The notes under the pieces are model-generated. The model was not told where the DNA came from. It worked only from the letters and a program-made list of their open reading frames with translations, and did not search any database. Below, piece after piece: positions 58,390 through 64,000 of a stretch of 64,000 nucleotides of DNA. Each line of letters starts with the position of its first letter. Position 1 is the first letter of the stretch. The position numbers were made by a program, and so were the translations under genes. Source of the stretch: Spirochaetia bacterium (GTDB taxonomy: Bacteria > Spirochaetota > Spirochaetia > SZUA-6 > Bin103); contig CBDBOV010000003.1 of the NCBI GenBank assembly GCA_965208575.1, forward strand, positions 288,001-352,000. The letters run 5' to 3'.

Positions 58390-59856
58390 ATGGGAGAGCA
58401 CATCAGCCATCACTGCGGGCTGTGCGTCACACACACGCTGCACGACGCCTACTCGTTCATCAAGACGCTGCAACACCGCGGTCGCGATGCGGTGGGGATC
58501 GCCGGAATCGGCGACGACCGAATCGATGCCCTCAAGTGGATCGGCACGGTGGAGACGGTGGACCTGGTCGACCTGCACAAGATCATGCCCAGTTCCGGCT
58601 ACCATACCTTCCTGGCGCACGTGCGCTATGCCACCAAGGGCAGCAAGCGGCGGCTGCTGGAGGACGCGCACCCGCACGTGATCGGCGGCACGATGGCGGA
58701 CAACGGCAGTCACGTCATCTACACCGACTGCGACGCCGTGGCGGTTCACAATGGGCACGTCGAGGAGCGGTTCCTGAACGGGGCGGGTCGCGGGGGGCAC
58801 GGGGCCGACAGTTGCGACACCGCCCGTCTGCTGCGCCTGTACTGGGAACAGGGTGCGATCGAGTTGATGCGCGCCATACCGGGCGCCTACACCATGGCCA
58901 TTGCCGATCGACGCTGCGACGAGGTGCTGGTACTGCGCGACCGCACCGGCATCCGCCCCGGCGTGCTCGGCATCAAGGACGGCAAGCACGTCGCGGTGTC
59001 GGAGGATATCGCGCTGCGCAAGAACGGCGGCGACTACCTGGAGGACCTCGACCCCGGCGCGGTGTACTATTTCGACGCCGCCGGCGGCTACCGCAAGCGG
59101 CAGGTGGTGAAGCCGCGGCTCGCGCACTGCTTCTTCGAGTGGAATTACTTCGCCGATCGCGACTCGATCGTGGAGGGGCTGTACGTGAAGAAGCTGCGCC
59201 GCGCACTCGGCGAAATGCTGGCCGAGGAGCTGGCCATGGATCGCGTCGACTTCGTGAGCTACTTCCCGCGCGCGCCGGAAGACGCCGCGCGCGGGCTGGC
59301 GCGGGCGTCGAACACGCCGTTTCAGCCGCTGTTCTACAAGCTGCGCGGCGAGCGCGCCTTCCAGGGACCGAGTGCGGACGAACGGTCGCAGTCGATATTC
59401 AGCAACATCTACCTGATTCCGGGGGTGGTGGGCGGCGTCCGCGGGCGTTCGCTGCTGGTGGTGGAGGATTCCATCGTGCGCGGCAACAACATTCGCCGCG
59501 AGCACGTGCTGTTGAAGGAACTGGGGCTGGACGAGGTGGTGCATGCGCTGTATACGCCGCCGATCGGCATCGTCGGCGACGATGGCGTGCCGCGCGGCTG
59601 CCTGTTCGGGGTGGACATGCCGCCGGGCGACCAGTTCTTTGCCCGCGACCGCAGCGTGGAGGAGATGAGCGAAGATGCCGGCACGCGCATCGTGTTCCTG
59701 ACCACCGAGGGGATGCTCAAGGTGTACCAGCGGCTCGGCATCTCCCCGGACAACCTGTGCACGTACTGCATCGGCGGCCCCCACCCCTACGCCAGGGCCG
59801 GCTTCCCGGCCGGCGCACCGGCGCGCGCGAGCGAAGCGGTAGCCGCGGGCGGGTAG
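58390..59856 (+). CDS. purF: Amidophosphoribosyltransferase-like protein (PurF family)
   Basis: Short propeptide then CG, LQHRG, HVRYAT, HNG, C.FEW.YFA, VVEDSIVRG, C.FGVDMP, LC..C. Confidence 0.8.
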   Translation: MGEHISHHCGLCVTHTLHDAYSFIKTLQHRGRDAVGIAGIGDDRIDALKWIGTVETVDLVDLHKIMPSSGYHTFLAHVRYATKGSKRRLLEDAHPHVIGGTMADNGSHVIYTDCDAVAVHNGHVEERFLNGAGRGGHGADSCDTARLLRLYWEQGAIELMRAIPGAYTMAIADRRCDEVLVLRDRTGIRPGVLGIKDGKHVAVSEDIALRKNGGDYLEDLDPGAVYYFDAAGGYRKRQVVKPRLAHCFFEWNYFADRDSIVEGLYVKKLRRALGEMLAEELAMDRVDFVSYFPRAPEDAARGLARASNTPFQPLFYKLRGERAFQGPSADERSQSIFSNIYLIPGVVGGVRGRSLLVVEDSIVRGNNIRREHVLLKELGLDEVVHALYTPPIGIVGDDGVPRGCLFGVDMPPGDQFFARDRSVEEMSEDAGTRIVFLTTEGMLKVYQRLGISPDNLCTYCIGGPHPYARAGFPAGAPARASEAVAAGG

Positions 59857-59934
59857 CACGCGCCACCCGCCCCGCGGCCTGTGGCAGCCGGCGGCGAAGC
59901 CGGCTGCCCGTTGGGTTCTGCTCCTGGCGACCGC

Positions 59935-60972
59935 TTAGCGCCAGCCCACCTGGTCGAAAATCCGTACCGCGGCGGCGTTGTTCTCGCCGAGCCGATGCAG
60001 GCCGAGGGTGTCGCCCTTGAGCTCGCCCCACGACTCCAGCAGCGGCGCCGGCTGCACGTTGCGGTTTACCGGGTACTCGTAGTTGGCATGCGCCCACACG
60101 CGCTGGGCGGTTTCGCCGGTGAGGAACTCCAGCAGGCTCAACGCACCGTCCACGTTCCGGGAGCTGGCGGTGATGCCGGCGCCGCTGATGTTGATGTGCG
60201 CGCCGCGGCCATCCTGGTTGGGGAAGAACACCCGCACCTGCTCGCCCACCGCGCGTTCCTCGGCATCGGACGAATTCAGCATGCGCCCCACGTAGTAGGT
60301 GTTGACGACGGCGATGTCGCCCTCGCCGGCGGCCACCGCCGACATCTGGCCGCGGTCGTTGCCCTTCGGCGTGCGCGCCATGTTGGCGACGATGCCGGCC
60401 GCCCATTCGCGTGCGTAGTTGTCGCCGTGGTTGGCGATCATCGATGCGAGCAGCGACTGGTTGTAGATGTTGGACGAGGAGCGGATCAGGATGCGGCCGG
60501 CCCAGCGGGGATTGGTCAGGTCCTCGTAGTTGGACAGCTCGTCCGGCGTCACCCGGTCGGGGTGGTAGACCACCACGCGCGCCCTGCGGGTGAGCGCGTA
60601 CCAGTAGCCGTCAGGATCGCGCAGGTGCTCGGGAACCTGTGCCAGCAGCACCGGAGAGGACACCGCCTGCAGCACGCCCGCCTCCTTGGCGCGATGCAGC
60701 CGTCCGGCGTCCACGGTCATCAGGATGTCGGCCGGCGACTCGGCGCCCTCGCGCAAGAGCCGCTCGATCAGCTCATCGGAGCCGCCCTCGACCAGGTTCA
60801 CCTTGATGCCGGTCTCTTCCTCGAACAGCCGGTAGAGCTCCAGGTCGACATCGTAATGGCGGTGCGAGTAGACGTTGACCTCGCTCTCTCCCGCCGCCTC
60901 CGCGGCCGCGGCAGTGGCCACTCCAATCAACACGGCTGCGGTCAGCAGCAGCCGTACCAAGCGATACGTCAT
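59935..60972 (-). CDS. Fe(3+) ABC transporter substrate-binding protein (FutA/FbpA-like)
   Basis: EVNVYSHRHY, SPADILMTVDAGRL, RSSSNIYNQSL, NTYY, GAHINISG, NYEYPV. Confidence 0.95.
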   Translation of the reverse strand: MTYRLVRLLLTAAVLIGVATAAAAEAAGESEVNVYSHRHYDVDLELYRLFEEETGIKVNLVEGGSDELIERLLREGAESPADILMTVDAGRLHRAKEAGVLQAVSSPVLLAQVPEHLRDPDGYWYALTRRARVVVYHPDRVTPDELSNYEDLTNPRWAGRILIRSSSNIYNQSLLASMIANHGDNYAREWAAGIVANMARTPKGNDRGQMSAVAAGEGDIAVVNTYYVGRMLNSSDAEERAVGEQVRVFFPNQDGRGAHINISGAGITASSRNVDGALSLLEFLTGETAQRVWAHANYEYPVNRNVQPAPLLESWGELKGDTLGLHRLGENNAAAVRIFDQVGWR

Positions 60973-60985
60973 GGTATCAGCCTCC

Positions 60986-61037
60986 ATTAATTGAATTAAT
61001 CAGGTACAATGAGATTAATAAAGATTAATTAAGTCAA
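60986..61037 (-). promoter_or_regulatory. AT-rich promoter/operator region, possibly a Fur-type box
   Basis: TTGACT followed by repeated ATTAAT units, AATGAGATTAATAAAGATT; upstream of an iron-binding protein. Confidence 0.4.
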
Positions 61038-61147
61038 GCGAAATCGCCGCGCGCCGTCGTCTTTTTTTCCGCGGTGGCCGATTGACACGCTCACAGTGCG
61101 TGGCCACGCTGGTTCGTGGGTTCCGGGTTCAGCGGAAGGAGGATAGC

Positions 61148-62062
61148 GTGACGCTTGCAGAACCGACCACCGTTCAGGTAGGCGATATCGAGATGCACGC
61201 CGACGATCTCGATCCGGGCCGCGCGGCGGCGATCTACGCCGAGCACGGCTGCCTGGTGGTGCGCGGCCTGATGCGTGCCTATGCCGAGGCAATCGGCGCC
61301 GACGTGGTGCGCACCATGGAGCAGGCGATCCGGCTCTACGAGGCCGGGCGCTACACGGCGTCCAAGGTCGGCTTGGGCACACCCGACGGCACGCTCCTGA
61401 TCCCGGCCCCGGCCGGTTTCGAGCGCGACTGGCAGGTGATGGTGACGAGTTGCCAATACACCACCAGCAGCACCTTCCTGCGTTCCGCGTTCGACCCCGA
61501 TCTGCTCGGCATCGTGCAGGCGATTCTGGGCGACGAGGTGGAGATCTTCGGCAACGGCCAGACGCTGTGCAAGGAACCGGCGGGCGGCCATCCGAAGCTG
61601 CTGCACCAGGACGCGTCCTACTTCGAGCACAAGTACGAAGGTCCGGTCGGGGTGCTGTGCTACACCATCCGCACCACGGTCGAGCGCGGTGCGCTGCACG
61701 TGGTGCCGGGGTCGCACCGCCTGGAGATCCTGGAGCACGTCGACACCGAGAGCCACCTCGGACTCGACCCCGCGCAGTGGACGTTCGACCGGGCGCTGCC
61801 GATCGAGGGCGACGCCGGCGACGCGATCTTCTTCCACGTCAAGATGATCCACGGTTCGCCGCCGAACCACTCGCAGGTGCCGCGGCCGGTGTTCATCCAC
61901 CGCTACCGGCGCGCGGATGACTACGCGGTGATCAGGGCCTCGACCGTCGAGGACCGCAAGGCACGCGCGGCCGAGGTGGACGAGGCGAAGAAGGAGAATC
62001 AGCTCGGCCTGATGGTTGCCGGCTTCCGCGGCTACGCCGACGACCGCGCGGCGCACAGTTGA
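61148..62062 (+). CDS. PhyH-family dioxygenase
   Basis: LHQDASY, GALHVVPGSH, AGDAIFFH..IHGS.PN.S..PR; GGAGG RBS. Confidence 0.92.
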   Translation: MTLAEPTTVQVGDIEMHADDLDPGRAAAIYAEHGCLVVRGLMRAYAEAIGADVVRTMEQAIRLYEAGRYTASKVGLGTPDGTLLIPAPAGFERDWQVMVTSCQYTTSSTFLRSAFDPDLLGIVQAILGDEVEIFGNGQTLCKEPAGGHPKLLHQDASYFEHKYEGPVGVLCYTIRTTVERGALHVVPGSHRLEILEHVDTESHLGLDPAQWTFDRALPIEGDAGDAIFFHVKMIHGSPPNHSQVPRPVFIHRYRRADDYAVIRASTVEDRKARAAEVDEAKKENQLGLMVAGFRGYADDRAAHS

Positions 62063-62086
62063 GCACCGGCTGGCGACAACCGGTTG

Positions 62087-63016
62087 TTAGAACCGCTCGC
62101 GGGTGGCCCACGCCTTGATCAGGTGGTGGGCGATGGCGATGGGGCCGGGCACGGTCAGCACGTCGCTGTCGCCGGCGAGGGCGCGCAGCACTTCCCGGCG
62201 TTCGAACCAGTGCACGTCGGACATTTCCTCGTTGTCGAAGCGGATGGTGGTGCTGGCGGCTTCCGCCAGGCAGCCGATCATGAGCGAGCAGGGGAACGGC
62301 CACGGCTGCGAGGAGTGGTAGCGCACGTTCTTGACCCGGATGCCGGCCTCTTCCATCACCTCGCGCGCCACCGCCTCCTCGATCGCCTCGCCCTGGTCCA
62401 CGAACCCGGCGAGCGCCGAGTACATGCGCATGCGTGACAGGCGCCCGCGCGACTGGCCGAGCAGGCAGCGGTCGGTGACCGGGTCGGCGACCACGGTGAT
62501 CACCACCGGATCGGTGCGCGGGAAGTGCTGCGCGCCGCAGGCGGCGCAGCGGCGCACCTGGCCGCCCCGCTGCGCGACCGTGGGTTGACCGCAGGCGGAG
62601 CAGAAGCGGTGGCGGCGGTGCCAGTCCAGGTTCGAGCGGGCCTGCGCAAGGATGCCGGTGTCCGCGCCGGTCAGCACGCCGCCGGCGCTGCGGCAGTCCT
62701 CGAAGCGCCACCCCTGCCGGCCGGCGATGCGGCCGGCGGCGTCAGCGAATTCGGACAGGTCGACGGCGAAGTGCGCCACGCCGTCTGCCAGCCCGAGCAG
62801 CATCGGCTCCGCGTCCGGCGCCGCCGCCCGCACGTGTGCGCCGTCCAGCCAGCCGAGCCCCGGTTGCGGGAGGTCGTTCAGCAGGACTTCGAGATTGCAG
62901 AACGGCAGGTATCGGCTGCCGGCGGCGCGCGCCGCGGCCGCGATCCATGCCTCGTCGCGCCGTTCCCGTTCGCCGCGGTCAAGCGGGTTGCCTGCGAAAG
63001 GGTGTGGGTCTCTCAT
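62087..63016 (-). CDS. nudC: NAD(+) diphosphatase
   Basis: RFCSACG..C..CG..HFPRTDP, Nudix box AGFVDQGE.IEEAVAREVMEEAG, SQPWPFP. Confidence 0.95.
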   Translation of the reverse strand: MRDPHPFAGNPLDRGERERRDEAWIAAAARAAGSRYLPFCNLEVLLNDLPQPGLGWLDGAHVRAAAPDAEPMLLGLADGVAHFAVDLSEFADAAGRIAGRQGWRFEDCRSAGGVLTGADTGILAQARSNLDWHRRHRFCSACGQPTVAQRGGQVRRCAACGAQHFPRTDPVVITVVADPVTDRCLLGQSRGRLSRMRMYSALAGFVDQGEAIEEAVAREVMEEAGIRVKNVRYHSSQPWPFPCSLMIGCLAEAASTTIRFDNEEMSDVHWFERREVLRALAGDSDVLTVPGPIAIAHHLIKAWATRERF

Positions 63017-63042
63017 ATGCCGCGTCTGTCGTAGCAGGGATG

Positions 63043-63099
63043 CCGTTCCCGTTCGCCGCGGTCGAGGGGGTTGCCGGCGAATGGATGGGGTTCTCTCAT
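63043..63099 (-). repeat. Diverged duplicate of the first ~19 codons of nudC
   Basis: Encodes MREPHPFAGNPLDRGERER, 83 bp upstream of the true MRDPHPFAGNPLDRGERER. Confidence 0.85.
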
Positions 63100-63259
63100 G
63101 TGGCGCGGCTACCGTAGCAGGCTTGCCGGCGCGAAGCGAGCGCGCCGGCGGTGAAAGGCAGCGCGCCGCCGGTGGGGGCGGGCGCGTTGCCGGGCGACGC
63201 GGGCGCAATCCGGACGGGATGCGAGCGCGCGTCGAAGTTGCTCGGGGCGGCGCCCGCGC

Positions 63260-63466
63260 TCAACGCCGGCGGCGCTGTAGCACGACCCGGACGCCGAGGC
63301 CGACCGGGAATGCGACGATCAGGGCACCCAGAATCAGCACGATGGCGGCCGGTCCGAGGCCGGGGATGGCGTCGATGCGTTCCCGGATCCATGCCAGCAG
63401 CGTCGGGTCGGCCGGCTCCGAGTGGTGCAGCAGTACCGGCAGAATCGTCACGACCGGCAGCATCAC
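63260..63466 (-). CDS. Small membrane protein
   Basis: 68 aa, one TM helix followed by RRRR; directly after the MFS stop. Confidence 0.55.
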   Translation of the reverse strand: MMLPVVTILPVLLHHSEPADPTLLAWIRERIDAIPGLGPAAIVLILGALIVAFPVGLGVRVVLQRRRR

Positions 63467-63472
63467 GTCTGC

Positions 63473-64000
63473 CTACGCGGGTTGCGGAGCCGCCACGTAG
63501 CGGCTGGAGTAGCGCCGCTCGCGGATGCTGAGGCTCACCAGGCCGGCGCCCGCCAGGGTCGCCACGCAGGCCAGGAACGCGTAGTCGTAGCTGCCCTGCG
63601 CGTCGAACACCAGGCCGAACAGGTACACCGCCAGCGCGCCGCCCGCCTGGTGCGCGAAATTGATCAGGCCGGCCAGGGTGCCGAGGTGGCGGACGCCGTA
63701 CACGTCGGCGGCCAGCGAGGTGGTGAGGGGCACGGTGGCCAGCCACGAGGCGCCGCCCACGATGGCGAAGCCCCACAGCGCCGCGGACCCGGGCAGCACC
63801 ACCAGCAGCAGGAAGGCGACGCCGCGCACCAGGTACACGGTGCCGAGCAGGATCCTGCGCGGCACGCGGTCGGAGAGCGGCCCGACCAGCAGCACGCCGA
63901 CCGCGTTGATGCCGCTCAGCAGGCCGAACGCGAGTGCGGCGGTGGCCGGCGTGATGCCCTCCGCGCCCGCCCAGCGCACGTAGTGCACGGAGATGGAGGC
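63473..64000 (-). CDS. MFS transporter (C-terminal part; start outside window)
   Basis: GPLSDRVPRR, ADVYG..LGTL.G..HQAGGA, GLVFD..GSYD.AF. Confidence 0.9.
   Translation of the reverse strand, partial: ASISVHYVRWAGAEGITPATAALAFGLLSGINAVGVLLVGPLSDRVPRRILLGTVYLVRGVAFLLLVVLPGSAALWGFAIVGGASWLATVPLTTSLAADVYGVRHLGTLAGLINFAHQAGGALAVYLFGLVFDAQGSYDYAFLACVATLAGAGLVSLSIRERRYSSRYVAAPQPA

Noticed and set aside
1-64000. tRNA, rRNA or known riboswitch
   Set aside because: None was recognised by eye; tRNAscan-SE and Infernal would be needed to exclude them.

Overview
GC-rich bacterial chromosomal window. The peptide/nickel-type ABC solute-binding proteins, PhyH dioxygenases, FN3 lipoproteins, large autotransporter and many toxin-antitoxin (TA) pairs suggest a host-associated, possibly sponge-symbiont Spirochaetota-like genome (inference only). 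The first 28 kb is heavily rearranged. It holds an internally deleted IS630 and a Uma2 gene split by a ~5.8 kb rve-transposase element that carries a second transposase and has an IS1634 inserted in its own terminal repeat. It also holds two copies of an ABC operon with near-identical leader and permeases but a strongly diverged binding protein, a 3.57 kb TGT...ACA transposon (DUF6431, DDE, ExeA-like ATPase, small ORF; 5-bp TSD) in a DUF402 gene, and at least six intact or relic TA modules. The rest contains a third ABC operon, PhyH enzymes, a DUF350 cluster with a K+ channel, tandem FN3 lipoproteins and a back-to-back truncated FTR1/imelysin pair. Further right are mraY-like, pcm and spermidine-synthase-like genes, a 1015-aa HNH nuclease with 13 x 72-bp internal repeats, a frameshifted autotransporter, a PurF-like enzyme, an Fe3+-binding protein, nudC and an MFS gene. 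No rRNA, tRNA or CRISPR array was recognised. The best candidates for new biology are the binding-protein cassette exchange between conserved flanks, the repeat-bearing HNH element and the TA modules exchanged at fixed intergenic slots. All family assignments come from motif recognition, not database searches.
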